From positions 1 to 64,000 of IMG/VR virus record IMGVR_UViG_3300037222_000084: 64,000 nt of DNA; one strand, written 5' to 3'. A program made the translations under genes and the position numbers. The notes beneath the pieces are model-generated. The model was given only the letters and a program-made list of their open reading frames with translations. It did not search any database and was not told where the DNA came from. This DNA comes from a virus. Below are positions 26,784 through 37,433 of this stretch, piece after piece; position 1 is the stretch's first letter; each line of letters starts with the position of its first letter.

Positions 26784-27052
26784 TCCTTTATCCAATTCCA
26801 AAGTTCATAGTCCGTTACGTCTATACCGTTAAGAATAGACGAAACACAATGGTTGGTCTGTTTGGCTAGAATCCAAGCAGCAGTATCAACGAATTTTTTT
26901 GCCGGATATACAAACCATTTAGCTTTTCCAGAAAAGAAAGCCCTTCCTAGTCTTGAGCTTATAGTTTCTTCTGGAGAACCCAAAAGTAAAATATTTGCAA
27001 ATTCGTCTATCCCTAGAAGGATGTTGAAATAATAGCGAGAAACCCTGTTCAT
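26780..27052 (-). CDS. conserved phage hypothetical protein
   Basis: ID..AN..L.G.PEETISSRLGR...HC motif. Confidence 0.65.
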   Translation of the reverse strand: MNRVSRYYFNILLGIDEFANILLLGSPEETISSRLGRAFFSGKAKWFVYPAKKFVDTAAWILAKQTNHCVSSILNGIDVTDYELWNWIKD

Positions 27053-27077
27053 ATTGGTTATTGTCCTTGTTATCGTA

Positions 27078-30000
27078 TTACTGAGTTTCTATAACGTGAT
27101 AATTCCACTGAAGAACATCTGTGGCGACTCCAGCAGATGCAAAGTTTATAGAAAATCCTGCTGTAGTTGATGTCACATACACTCCAAATATCACGACGTT
27201 TTGTGCAGTCGTCGCATTGGTAGGCGTAATGACCACAATTGGAGCAACTCCGTATGCCGCATTGAAATTGACCGTAGTCTGCACTCCAGACGACAGTGTG
27301 CCAATTGAACCCAAAGTAAGATTAACAACCCCTGCCGTATCCGTAGCATTGGCGACAGTACTTGTAGCTCCTGTACCAGCGTTGGCATTTACCGAAGCTG
27401 TGGGAGCGGTAGTTTGCGTTGACTTTATGTGACCGTTGTTTACGATCAAAACAGCGTCTGTAGACGCTACTGCTCCATTTAGTAAGCCAGCATTGAGGTT
27501 GCTGTATACGAAGCTCCAATTGGCAGCCGTTGTTGGCGTTGCCACCAGTGCCGTAGCTACTAACTCTGTTTCAGATGCCATTGCTTGAATGACGCTAGCG
27601 TTGGAAGACTGGACCGTAACAACACCCGTACTACTGTTAACAATCGTAAAGGTATCACCAGCAACTATACTTGTGGTTGGCAATTTTACGATTTGAGTTG
27701 TAACACCAGTGAAATACTGTTGAGCCTTAGAGCCCACCACCAAAGTGGTTGTTCCAGCAGCGGTCGCAGTAGTCGCAAAGCCTGATATAAAGCGATTCGC
27801 CGACATGTTTAGGTTGGCATCCCAACCAGCCCAAGAAGAAGCTGTTGCGGCAATAGTCACTGCGGTTTTCGCAGTTCCACCATTTGCAATGGGTAAGGCA
27901 GTGCCAGATAAAGTTACCGCCAACGTGCCAGATGTTGTGATGGGAGAACCAGCAATAGATAAAAATGCTGGAACGGACATCGCTACAGATGTAACTGTTC
28001 CAGAGCCGCCTACGGTAGTCCAAGTAGGAGCGGCGGTTCCGCCACCAGATGTTAAAATCTGTCCCACGGTTCCGTTGGCCAAAAGCGCTGTTGTATTTAC
28101 CGCCGTTTGATACGGTATAGAACCACCAAGTCCACCAGCAATATTCGTGGCGGTAGTTGCAGTCGTTGCACTTGTAGCGGTTGCGGCATTGCCGGTTGTA
28201 CTTTGGTTAAGCGTAGGAATATCCGCAGCAACGATTAATCGAGCAGTTGGAGCGCCCGCCGAACCGTTAGGTGCGGCCAAGAAAGTGTTAGCAGCTTGAG
28301 ACTGGAAGGTTAAAGTTCGAGTAGCTAGAGTGTAAGTGAACGGATTTGCCGTAACAACTGCTGCCGCCCAGTTCAAACCATCTGCGGCTGCCGAGTTAGC
28401 AACCAAGACGTTTCCATTGGCACCTACAGCAAGAACTGAGTCTCCTCCTACATTATTGGTGAGTAAACCACCTTTGACGCCAACGGCATCTACGTGTTTG
28501 TAGAAATCAATATTCAATTCAGTTGAACTGATAGATTTACCGACGCCTACATACGTATCGTTGAATGGAGACGGTAGTGGAGAGATTTTTCCAGCAGTAT
28601 TATCTATGTACTGTTCATAGCCAACAAATGGGCCGAAGCTGAATCCATTCATGTAGCCGCTTATGTAAATGTCTGCGACTGAACCAACAATATTTGTGGC
28701 AAATCCCAGCATAACGCCAGGATCGCCAGAAATTGAGCCAGCCGCACCAGTAATAGTGGCTGGAACCCATTGCTGAGCGCCATCGGTCCACATAACAACC
28801 ATATGGTCTGTTACTGCACCGCTGATAGGGTTAGCCAAAAGGACGAGCGATGGAACTTGCGTAGCCGCCACAGCGTTAAGAACTCTATTGAGAAGAAAAT
28901 TGTCTAATTGTAGATCCCACGCTGTAGCACTTGTGGTAGCGATGTGGAGAATGAGTCGATAATTTACGCTGTTCGCAGATGCTTTAAATTGACCCACGAA
29001 AGTTTTAATGGTGCTTACGGGACCCTTTAAGGTTCTTAGCGGAACTACTGGGATTAAAACTGCGTTGGTAATATCGTAGACAAACACTTGTACGTCAGAA
29101 CTTGCGCCAAGAACCATTCCAGAAGAACCGTCATAGGCAAATGAAACTTGAAGTGTTTGGCCCTTATCTAGACTATTGATTATAAAATCTGTGCTTACGC
29201 CTTCGCCTTCGCGATTAGCTGCGTCCTTGCCGAGATCAAAACTAGCAGTTCCTATAATAGGATTGACCAAAGTTCTAGTGAATGTAACGCCCGTTACAAC
29301 TCCGCCAGTTCCATCTACAGGCGCAACGTCTCCGCCATTAGCGGTGATATTGGCACCAGTTTCGTATTGCAAATTACCGGCTACCCCAGTAATAGCAGCT
29401 GTGGCTAAAGCTACTGCTCCAGGAACGGCATCCCATGCAGCCTTAAGCTGTGTTGCTGTGGGGTTATTCGCTACAGTAGGTCCGTTATACCAAGCAACGG
29501 TGACGTGGGTAGACGACACAACCGTAACCAAAGGAGTAAGATAACTCTGTGTAGCATGAAATATGTAGTCGATGTCGATGCCATTACCAGCCGACCCAGA
29601 TGCAACTGCCGTAAACGTAATATCTTGTGCCACAACGAAGGCGGAAGCTGGATTACCCTGATCGTTATATAGATTCCATCCGGTCGTATTGACTTCGGCA
29701 TCTGGATTGGTTATATAATTGCCACGAGAAGCGTCAAGCTTATTGTTGAACGTGCTCCAATCTGCGGCTAACAAATATCCGTTGTGAGTCGCATCTGCTA
29801 CGTGCTGAGCAATAGAAGTGCCACTGCCGATGACAGCGCCTGTTCCGCCCGTAATAGTGATTCCATCAGTGCCTGCATCGGTGAGATTACCAAATGTCAA
29901 AGCTGCTTGCTTATTGTTAAAAGTTGACCAGTCTGTTCCAGAAAGGGCACCTGTTACTCCAGCAGAAGCAATTCCTAGGCTTAATATTTGACCAGAAAGT

Positions 30001-31973
30001 CCTAATCCGCTTGGAGTACCTAGGGTTATGTCGCCAGTGTTGGTGCCCAAAAGAGCAGATACTGGGGATGGTATTCCGGTTATGCCACTCCAAGGTACAG
30101 AAGTCGCCGTGCCAGCCGTGTATACTGAGTATCCAGACGAATTGTTGAGATTGGTGTCGTCAATGACGAAATACATCAAGCCAGTGTCTGTCTGACTAAC
30201 AGTATCGCCGTTTTGAACTGTCGCCGTCGTTAAGGCAAATCTGGCTGTTTGATTCGCAACAATCACTAAGCGCTCTAAAGCAGCAGGAGGAATTTGCGTA
30301 ATAGGAACTAATCCAGAAGCATCTAAGCTAGCATAGCCATTAGCTACGCCCTTGTTGGCAATATTTTCTGGGGTAAATCCCAATGCTGCTTGCTTAGAAT
30401 TAAATGTGGTCCAGTCAGCGCTACTCAATAGTCCAGGCTGTGAACTTGAGGCTGTTTGTATATCAACCGTAACATTGGGACCAACTGTCGAGTTAGCACC
30501 AGATCCGACGCTTACGCCTGTAGTCGAAGTAGATATTGACCCAAATGTCAAAGCTGCTTGCTTATTGTTAAAAGTTGACCAGTCGGTCTGGGATAAAAAC
30601 CCGTTCGTAGAACCATCGGCCTGCGGAATAGATATGTTTGGATTAGCACCGCCAGAACTAGCCAACGGAGCACTCGCAGTTACAGACGCAACTCCTCCGC
30701 CACCGCCAGCGTCAACCTGAGCTTGTATTTTTTGAAAGGCTTGAAGGATCGTATCTGTTGCCAAAATCGCGCTATTGGGTCCAGAAGCAAATCCAGTAAG
30801 AAATTTACCGATAATCGCCGAATTGGATAGCGTAACTACGGTTGAACCAGGGCCAACTCCAGTGGCTTCACCTGTCAGCTGGGTGATAGCAGCAGGAGCA
30901 CCCGAGATTTGCGAATAAGGCAGTGACAAGCTTGACAGTGTAGTCAGGGTAGAGTTGCTAAGTGCTGTAATATTTGCAGCGATACCAGTGGTATCCTGAT
31001 TGAGCGTAGGAAAATTTGATGCAATAGCAGCAGCAATGCTAGTTCCATTGCCGTATAGGATACCCGTGACAGTAGTGCTAATCGTGATTGCAGGAGTAGT
31101 TGTAGCTGTAGCTACAGTTCCAGCGAATCCATTTGCACTAGCAACGGAAACGGATGACACCGATCCGCTTCCAGCGACTGCCCATACGCCATCGGCACGC
31201 AGGAAATTGGTAGTTCCACCGCCAGAGGCAGGGACTGAACCATTAAGTAAATTTGTAAATACTGGTAAAATTGCATTGACTTGAGCAACGCTCAAAGCAA
31301 TAGGAGTTGCCGTGCTGCCAGTATTGTTTCCAAGAATAGTATTTGAGGCAATACTTGGAAGCTGTGCAAGCGATGCTTGGCCAGTCAGCTGTGAAAACGG
31401 CAATGCCAAGGATACTAGTGTCGTAAGAGTAGAATTGGTAGACGCAGTGATATTAGCAGCTAGTCCAGTCGTGTCTTGGTTCCAAGTAGGGACAGTGCCT
31501 GTCAGACCGCTGTACGGAACGCTAGCGGCGCTTCCAGCAGTGGTTGCGTGAGTGGCTGTCGCTGCGTTTCCAGTAGTGTTCTGATTCCACGTAGGAACAG
31601 CACCAGTCAGACCGCTGTATGGCACACTAGCGGCACTACCGGCAGAAGTCGCACTTGTAGCAGTCGCTGCGTTGCCGGTTGTACTTTGGTTCCAGGTTGG
31701 AACTGTTCCAGTCAATTGAGAATAAGGAAGTGCCAACGCAGACAGTGTAACCAAGGTAGCGTTTGATGTAGCTACTAAAGAGGCAACCTGAGATCCTCCG
31801 CCAGGACCGGCAACAACGTCTCCAGTCAGTTGGTTTAAGCCACCAGCGCCCAATGCAGCAGCTAGGACAGAAAACGTAACGCTCTTGTTGACTCCACCTT
31901 GAACTAGAGTGTACAGGTCTGGACCACTGGTCGCGAAAGCTACTGGTAATTGTGAAATCTTAGTGTTTGCCAT
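27078..31973 (-). CDS. long tail fibre / virion adhesin
   Basis: 1631 aa, Gly/Ala/Thr/Ser-rich; KISQLP N-terminus; repeats PTWNQ.TTGNAATAT and G.LS..DW.TFN.KQ; GVANGYASLDASGLVP. Confidence 0.8.
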   Translation of the reverse strand: MANTKISQLPVAFATSGPDLYTLVQGGVNKSVTFSVLAAALGAGGLNQLTGDVVAGPGGGSQVASLVATSNATLVTLSALALPYSQLTGTVPTWNQSTTGNAATATSATSAGSAASVPYSGLTGAVPTWNQNTTGNAATATHATTAGSAASVPYSGLTGTVPTWNQDTTGLAANITASTNSTLTTLVSLALPFSQLTGQASLAQLPSIASNTILGNNTGSTATPIALSVAQVNAILPVFTNLLNGSVPASGGGTTNFLRADGVWAVAGSGSVSSVSVASANGFAGTVATATTTPAITISTTVTGILYGNGTSIAAAIASNFPTLNQDTTGIAANITALSNSTLTTLSSLSLPYSQISGAPAAITQLTGEATGVGPGSTVVTLSNSAIIGKFLTGFASGPNSAILATDTILQAFQKIQAQVDAGGGGGVASVTASAPLASSGGANPNISIPQADGSTNGFLSQTDWSTFNNKQAALTFGSISTSTTGVSVGSGANSTVGPNVTVDIQTASSSQPGLLSSADWTTFNSKQAALGFTPENIANKGVANGYASLDASGLVPITQIPPAALERLVIVANQTARFALTTATVQNGDTVSQTDTGLMYFVIDDTNLNNSSGYSVYTAGTATSVPWSGITGIPSPVSALLGTNTGDITLGTPSGLGLSGQILSLGIASAGVTGALSGTDWSTFNNKQAALTFGNLTDAGTDGITITGGTGAVIGSGTSIAQHVADATHNGYLLAADWSTFNNKLDASRGNYITNPDAEVNTTGWNLYNDQGNPASAFVVAQDITFTAVASGSAGNGIDIDYIFHATQSYLTPLVTVVSSTHVTVAWYNGPTVANNPTATQLKAAWDAVPGAVALATAAITGVAGNLQYETGANITANGGDVAPVDGTGGVVTGVTFTRTLVNPIIGTASFDLGKDAANREGEGVSTDFIINSLDKGQTLQVSFAYDGSSGMVLGASSDVQVFVYDITNAVLIPVVPLRTLKGPVSTIKTFVGQFKASANSVNYRLILHIATTSATAWDLQLDNFLLNRVLNAVAATQVPSLVLLANPISGAVTDHMVVMWTDGAQQWVPATITGAAGSISGDPGVMLGFATNIVGSVADIYISGYMNGFSFGPFVGYEQYIDNTAGKISPLPSPFNDTYVGVGKSISSTELNIDFYKHVDAVGVKGGLLTNNVGGDSVLAVGANGNVLVANSAAADGLNWAAAVVTANPFTYTLATRTLTFQSQAANTFLAAPNGSAGAPTARLIVAADIPTLNQSTTGNAATATSATTATTATNIAGGLGGSIPYQTAVNTTALLANGTVGQILTSGGGTAAPTWTTVGGSGTVTSVAMSVPAFLSIAGSPITTSGTLAVTLSGTALPIANGGTAKTAVTIAATASSWAGWDANLNMSANRFISGFATTATAAGTTTLVVGSKAQQYFTGVTTQIVKLPTTSIVAGDTFTIVNSSTGVVTVQSSNASVIQAMASETELVATALVATPTTAANWSFVYSNLNAGLLNGAVASTDAVLIVNNGHIKSTQTTAPTASVNANAGTGATSTVANATDTAGVVNLTLGSIGTLSSGVQTTVNFNAAYGVAPIVVITPTNATTAQNVVIFGVYVTSTTAGFSINFASAGVATDVLQWNYHVIETQ
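29890..30584. repeat. Exact 44-bp direct repeat in the fibre gene
   Basis: CCAAATGTCAAAGCTGCTTGCTTATTGTTAAAAGTTGACCAGTC at 29890-29933 and 30541-30584. Confidence 0.9.
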
Positions 31974-31984
31974 AAATCATCCTT

Positions 31985-32437
31985 CTACTGAAGTAGAATT
32001 GTTCCAGAGCTATCTTCTAGCTCGAAAAAGTCGCCGTTTTCAAGCAATAGAAAGCTATCTTCAGGAGGAACGGGAAACTGACCGCTTTTGCTACGTTTTA
32101 TTACGATTCTGATTGGCCCTTTAGGAAAATTAGGCAGAAGGGTATGGTTCCAATACTCAAGCCAGAATTCCCCAAACAAATCAGCAGGTTGAAACCTTTG
32201 ACCCTGAATTAAATCAGGGAAATCCACATCATAGCCCAAGTTCGTATAGTACTTGTATATATCGTGTGGATTTACGTCACCAAACGTGGTAGCGCTGACG
32301 AAAGACACGTCAAGAGCTATGGCTGCTCGTATCTGCTTATCGGCGTCAGCTATAAACAATGCGTTATCAGCTGCTGTTAAAGCGGCTTTCTGTGCTTTTT
32401 GGGCCGCTAAAGCTGCGGAAGCTGGTATAGATGACAT
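31985..32437 (-). CDS. virion-associated hypothetical protein
   Basis: C-terminal FLLLENGDFFELEDSSGTILLQ motif often seen next to fibre genes; late motif upstream. Confidence 0.6.
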   Translation of the reverse strand: MSSIPASAALAAQKAQKAALTAADNALFIADADKQIRAAIALDVSFVSATTFGDVNPHDIYKYYTNLGYDVDFPDLIQGQRFQPADLFGEFWLEYWNHTLLPNFPKGPIRIVIKRSKSGQFPVPPEDSFLLLENGDFFELEDSSGTILLQ

Positions 32438-32468
32438 GCTATTAAGATTGTCATTAATCGCTAAAATG

Positions 32469-32493
32469 AAAAAGGCCCGACGAAGCGAGCCTT
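32469..32493 (-). terminator. Rho-independent terminator after tail tube gene
   Basis: AAGGCTCG-loop-CGGGCCTT followed by T run on the minus strand. Confidence 0.55.
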
Positions 32494-32521
32494 AGACTTA
32501 ATTTGAATGTAAAAATTATAA

Positions 32522-33022
32522 CTACGGCAGGCTGTTGCCTGGATCGCTGTCGTTGTTGTCTTCGTTGTAAGCAATCGTACCAATGTACGTGATGTTCACT
32601 TTGGAAGTAGCTTTAGCGTTGTAGTTCGTGTTATTCGAGGTTGGAACACAACCCAAAATAGTCTCTAAAATTTCGCCAGTCTGACGGTCCACGACGGTGA
32701 TCGTGAAAGGGTCAAAGAGCAAAAGATCGCTGACTAATGGGAAGGCAGGCAAGGTGTGAACACCAGAGCCTACGACTCGAAAACCGGAACAGGTCACGTT
32801 GACAGCTTCACTCGAAGTTACTGCGATCTCGTCTGGGCTATAACGACCCAAGAGGAAGATGGGCTCAGTTCCTAAAGAACTAGCTACAGTACAGCTTTCG
32901 AAAATGCCGACTAGATGATTGTTCACGTATACTTTGGCCCGTGCTCCAGTTACGACTTTACCGCCTTTTGTAGCGGTATAGCCTTTCTGAAGTGGATTCG
33001 GGCTAGATGGATTTCCTGGCAT
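32522..33022 (-). CDS. tail tube protein
   Basis: Directly downstream of sheath; VVTGARAKVYV, PI..LGRYSPDEI. Confidence 0.7.
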   Translation of the reverse strand: MPGNPSSPNPLQKGYTATKGGKVVTGARAKVYVNNHLVGIFESCTVASSLGTEPIFLLGRYSPDEIAVTSSEAVNVTCSGFRVVGSGVHTLPAFPLVSDLLLFDPFTITVVDRQTGEILETILGCVPTSNNTNYNAKATSKVNITYIGTIAYNEDNNDSDPGNSLP

Positions 33023-33047
33023 AATATCTCCTTAATTACCTAAAAGA

Positions 33048-35207
33048 TTAGCTTGCTGCCGATTGTTGAACTTGCGAGATGTTAATGCTGATCGGGATGA
33101 AGTAGATCGCAGTTGCAAGTTTGATTTCGACACTAACATCCATTTCTGGTGCCAGAATGGTGATTTTACCGTTCTTCCAGCCAAGTGGAGCGTCATCGCT
33201 AGCTGCGATAAGCTTCAGTTTCTTGTAACCTTCCATCTTTTGAGCCAAGTAGCTCAAACCAGTCGCAGCGTCTACATCAGCCAAAGACTGACCGACGAAA
33301 GCGGCTTGGAAGCTTGCAGCAAGGTCAAGAGCCAGAATGTCCGAGCAGTAAACCGCTTGGATGCTGTTGTACACGAAATTGGTGTCAAAACCGTAAGTAG
33401 TTTGATCGCTAACCCACAGACTTCCTGCGGTCGAAGCGGTCAAGATCAACATACCAGAAGACAGCGCGTCTTCAACGTCACCAGGACTTCCCGAATCAAA
33501 TCCGGTAGGATCTGTGTAGGAAATAATGTTAGCCAACTTGTTACAGATAGACTTATAGAATCCACCGGCTTGCATACCAGCTGCGATTGTAGCCGTATAC
33601 CAGGGTTGGAACTTAGTGATAACACCAACCGAGTTGACTTCTGTCGATCCTTGGAAAGCCAAGGAACAACGATAGCTGGCGAGACCCAGAGCCGCAGCTT
33701 TGCAATTCGCATACGTGTCTTGCATAGACAATACGCAGATGCGGTTGCGTTTGAGCTTAACAGTGCTGTACGCGATGCAATGGTTCTTGACCAATGCGTT
33801 GGTAGCTGCGATAGTGTAGGTAGAGCCAGGATCGGTCAAACCAGCAGTAATGTCCTTCGATGCATCTTGCGAGAACAAAGGAACGATGATGTTTACTTGA
33901 ACACCTGCAACTTGTTGCAGAGCATTCACGATGTCGATGGCCAGAGTTGGTCCTCTTGCTCCGCCAGACAGGAATGCCTGACCAGCCATAGGAAGTGGCA
34001 GACCTGCTGCGACAGCAGCGTTGAAAGCTAATGCAGACGAAGTGCCCAAAACTGATTGAAAAGTGTTAGCAGCATCTTTGATGCGTCCAGGCATTGCGCT
34101 TGCAGCAGTAGAAGCGATACCTACAGCGGTAACGGCATCCAGTGCAGCGGTAGACTGTTGTTGAGCAGAAGGCGCTGCCTGAGCAGTGTAGCCTGGCTGA
34201 GCATTCAGATAAGCGGCCAAAATACCGATGGTAGCATAGTGAGTAAGATCTACACTCAACGCTGCACCGATTCCACCAGCGACAGTTGTCGTCAGCATAC
34301 CAGTAGTCTGGTTGATTGTAATAGTTGCAGTCGTACCCTGATACCCAATATTGAGAGCGATATCTGGAACAACGTTAAGAGTCTCGTTTACGCCAGCAGA
34401 AGGATTGTTGATCTGGACTTCAACCTGTGCTTCATCAGAAGAAGCAGTCAGAGCAGCAACCAAACCAAGAGCGGCCAAGTCACCAGGAGTAGAGTCGATC
34501 AATTCTAATGCTTGTCCGTAACCATTGGCAAATGGAGTAGCGTCAACCACAGTCAACTGAATGCTAGTCGTTGGAGCAGCTGGATTAGCAGATGCTACGA
34601 TAGTTGCCGGTAACAGGCCGTTAAGCTCAGCTACAAGGTGAGGAACAGTGTCGTGCTGTGTAGGAGTCGCGCTAAGAGTGATAACCGTAGCAGCACCGCC
34701 GTTTAAGCGGAAGCTGAAAGACTGACCATTGAGCGGAGCGCCGAATGCAGGAATTGGAGAACCAAGAACGTTGGGAGCAACTTCTGCTTGAAGAGTGCTG
34801 ATTTGATAAGAATAACCGTTTCCAGCAACTCCAGAATTCTGGAATACCAAACTACCGTATCCACCAGCGATAGCAGCAGATGCCTGAGCGCTCGTGTTAG
34901 TTTTAACGATATAGATAAGATTTGCAGATCCTTTGATGTTTGTATCGTTAGAAGGAGCGGTCAGCGCGTCGAAAGCATCTACGATTGGTCCACTCGTATA
35001 GATGTTTTGAACCTTGGCCAGTTGATCTGGAGTAAAAGTGTTGTTTTTCAACGCGACTTGCTGATAGCTAGGACCGCCATCGGCTTCACCCATGATTACG
35101 ATAATGCCGGATTGACCTAAACCTACGGGTTGCGATTGCACCGTGATGTTAGGATATGCTCCAGGAATATTTGTATTTAATAAACTTGTAACTACTCGTA
35201 GAGACAT
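33048..35207 (-). CDS. tail sheath protein
   Basis: 719 aa; IPGAY..I, IVIMGEADGGP N-terminus; C-terminal sheath-type domain. Confidence 0.85.
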   Translation of the reverse strand: MSLRVVTSLLNTNIPGAYPNITVQSQPVGLGQSGIIVIMGEADGGPSYQQVALKNNTFTPDQLAKVQNIYTSGPIVDAFDALTAPSNDTNIKGSANLIYIVKTNTSAQASAAIAGGYGSLVFQNSGVAGNGYSYQISTLQAEVAPNVLGSPIPAFGAPLNGQSFSFRLNGGAATVITLSATPTQHDTVPHLVAELNGLLPATIVASANPAAPTTSIQLTVVDATPFANGYGQALELIDSTPGDLAALGLVAALTASSDEAQVEVQINNPSAGVNETLNVVPDIALNIGYQGTTATITINQTTGMLTTTVAGGIGAALSVDLTHYATIGILAAYLNAQPGYTAQAAPSAQQQSTAALDAVTAVGIASTAASAMPGRIKDAANTFQSVLGTSSALAFNAAVAAGLPLPMAGQAFLSGGARGPTLAIDIVNALQQVAGVQVNIIVPLFSQDASKDITAGLTDPGSTYTIAATNALVKNHCIAYSTVKLKRNRICVLSMQDTYANCKAAALGLASYRCSLAFQGSTEVNSVGVITKFQPWYTATIAAGMQAGGFYKSICNKLANIISYTDPTGFDSGSPGDVEDALSSGMLILTASTAGSLWVSDQTTYGFDTNFVYNSIQAVYCSDILALDLAASFQAAFVGQSLADVDAATGLSYLAQKMEGYKKLKLIAASDDAPLGWKNGKITILAPEMDVSVEIKLATAIYFIPISINISQVQQSAAS

Positions 35208-35219
35208 TTTTTGCTCTCC

Positions 35220-35507
35220 TTAATTCTTAATTTTTTTCAGTCCGAAGTGAGCAACCCCAGCTTCGAATTTTGAGGGTTCGTCCATTTTTGAAGATTTCAG
35301 GTGTAACCACACGATTTCCTCTAATTCTTTGGTCTTGCCATATTTACGCTTAGCCTGTGTCCAGAAAATCCTGAACTGCTCACGTTTTTGTTGTTCTGTC
35401 AACACGGCTTCCTGTGGAACATATAAAGATGCACGCCAAGCCTTTGCTTCTTCTAGCGTCATTTCCTGTTTATTTTCCATAGGTTGTACCTTCTTCTCTT
35501 TCGCCAT
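35220..35507 (-). CDS. hypothetical protein
   Basis: Between head-region protein and sheath. Confidence 0.6.
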   Translation of the reverse strand: MAKEKKVQPMENKQEMTLEEAKAWRASLYVPQEAVLTEQQKREQFRIFWTQAKRKYGKTKELEEIVWLHLKSSKMDEPSKFEAGVAHFGLKKIKN

Positions 35508-35508
35508 A

Positions 35509-36300
35509 TTAGCTAAGTGCAATGCCCTTTTTTACAGGAGCAACAGCGGGTGCAGGTGCAGCTACTGTTTTTGGTTGACCCATAGCCGTTCCAATGTTGG
35601 AGTTTGGCTGTTTCAGTTTCTTTTTAGCGCTCGTGTGGCCAATAAAATGAGCCAATTTAATGTGGCCCTTTACTTGCGGACTGGTTCCCCAATCTGCGTT
35701 GTTACCTTCAGCTTGCTCATGAGGGTTGTTCTCGGGAGCAGGAGTAGCATTAGCGGCTTCAGGATGTGTACTAGCCGGTTTCATTGCAGATTCCTCTTTA
35801 GGAGGGTTCGAATGATCTGGCTTTCCTACTGGCGGAGCATTCTTTGTCAAATCTGCTTCGGCAATAGCTTTAAACAATTCTTCAGTTTTTTCAAGTTTGA
35901 AATACTGAACATTGTGCATACCAGAGGCGAATTCGCCAGTTTTTCGTAACAATTGATATCCAAATTCTTCTTCAGACTTATCCATTTTTTGGCTTTTCCC
36001 AGCAACTTTTTGTTTAGCGTCTTTACCGGATGTACTAAAATTATCTGGTTCATCTGGTGCTGCGCCACCGCCGCCACCGCCTGAACCTTCACCGCTTCCG
36101 CCTTCGCCTTCTGCTCCATCTGCTCCTGGGGTTGCTTCTGCTTCAGGATCTACTTCCGCATCTTCAGGTTTAGCTTTGGCCTTTAAAGATGGAATAACAG
36201 CGGCCTTTGCCAAGCTATGCGCCTTAAGCAATTCTTCAGTCTTGGCTAAAACTGCCAAAGCTGCTTCTTTTGCGCTGTAAAATTTCTTGCTTTCGGCCAT
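35509..36300 (-). CDS. low-complexity putative internal head protein
   Basis: GAGGG RBS; repeated LAKA, MDKSE, LEKTE, LFKA words; late motif upstream. Confidence 0.6.
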   Translation of the reverse strand: MAESKKFYSAKEAALAVLAKTEELLKAHSLAKAAVIPSLKAKAKPEDAEVDPEAEATPGADGAEGEGGSGEGSGGGGGGAAPDEPDNFSTSGKDAKQKVAGKSQKMDKSEEEFGYQLLRKTGEFASGMHNVQYFKLEKTEELFKAIAEADLTKNAPPVGKPDHSNPPKEESAMKPASTHPEAANATPAPENNPHEQAEGNNADWGTSPQVKGHIKLAHFIGHTSAKKKLKQPNSNIGTAMGQPKTVAAPAPAVAPVKKGIALS

Positions 36301-36351
36301 GGTTTCCCTCTTGTACCTATCTAAGATTGTCTGGCTATCATACTCATCAGA

Positions 36352-36404
36352 TAAGTAGTTGATTTCATTGAGTTTATTTTTTAAAGCCTGCTAAAGTATT
36401 GATT
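36352..36404 (-). promoter_or_regulatory. Two IHF-consensus sites between two late-type motifs
   Basis: AATCAACTACTTA (36352-36364) and AATCAATACTTTA (36392-36404). Confidence 0.45.
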
Positions 36405-36428
36405 TCCATGTCTTATAATAAGATTGTC

Positions 36429-37433
36429 TTAGTCTTCACTGTTCTCGTCTATGGTGGTCCAGGTCTCTTCTGTGGCGTCTATAATAGGCGGCGTGTCAAG
36501 ATTGCTTAAGATCTTGATTCCACTAGTGATTTCGCAACAATCGACACCCTTGATTATGGACGATTCGATGAATCTGCGTGGTAGCTTGATCCAGCTATTT
36601 TCTACTTGACCTGACAAAACGATCATTCTAAGATATGACAGTTCGCCACCGTCCCCACCTATATAATTGGGGTCCATCAGGATCTCGCCGCTACTGATAG
36701 AGCTTTGGGCAAATCCGTTACCCTCAAGGAGACTTTCGCGGTATCTGAGGATTGCATACATTACAATGGAGTGCAGCCAAATCAAAGTCTGTACGTCACC
36801 ATGGGTTTGGCAGGTTATCGTGTATGAGTCCTGAAAGAAAGCATGCTCAACTCTAGCCTCGTAGAAAGGAAACTGAGGTATTACGGCAAGTTCGGTCGCA
36901 TCGACGCCCAATCCTGGCTCGATAAAAAACATACCAGCAGATACGGCCAAAATAGGGTATCCATTGCCGTTTGCAGGATTTACAAGTACCATTCCAGGAG
37001 TAACCACTTCAAAACCAGCAGTGTTAGGGTCTATGCCGATTTCACCGGACGCTTGATCGTAGCTAGTAGGAACGAAAGGTTTTACTACGAAAGCAATCGG
37101 TTTGCCAATTTCCAAAGGCAAGAGCATTTTCTTGACCGTAGATAGGTCGGCCATGTGCTTCATCTCTGGTATCTCTGGGGTAGGCCCAGGAGTAATAGTT
37201 ACACAAGGCAACTCATCTTTGTCGTTGCGAGGACGCATGTAGACGTTGATGTTGTTGTTCATGAACCATTCTTTAGCAGCATCTATTTGTTTTTGGCCGT
37301 ACTTGTCGGAAATGTAAGGAATGGCCTTGAGGCTATCAAAGACGTGATCTAACAACCATGCGTTTTTGCGCATCTCATCCAGGCCTAGATCGACCATAGT
37401 TTTTATAATTACGTCACCTTGAAAGATGCCCAT
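36429..37433 (-). CDS. virion structural protein (neck/tail completion-like)
   Basis: Position between head and sheath genes; size. Confidence 0.55.
   Translation of the reverse strand: MGIFQGDVIIKTMVDLGLDEMRKNAWLLDHVFDSLKAIPYISDKYGQKQIDAAKEWFMNNNINVYMRPRNDKDELPCVTITPGPTPEIPEMKHMADLSTVKKMLLPLEIGKPIAFVVKPFVPTSYDQASGEIGIDPNTAGFEVVTPGMVLVNPANGNGYPILAVSAGMFFIEPGLGVDATELAVIPQFPFYEARVEHAFFQDSYTITCQTHGDVQTLIWLHSIVMYAILRYRESLLEGNGFAQSSISSGEILMDPNYIGGDGGELSYLRMIVLSGQVENSWIKLPRRFIESSIIKGVDCCEITSGIKILSNLDTPPIIDATEETWTTIDENSED

Noticed and set aside
33063-34031. 322-aa plus-strand ORF (and similar shadows over fibre, rIIB, AAA and scaffold genes)
   Set aside because: Antisense shadows of well-supported genes with biased codon usage; no RBS or motifs
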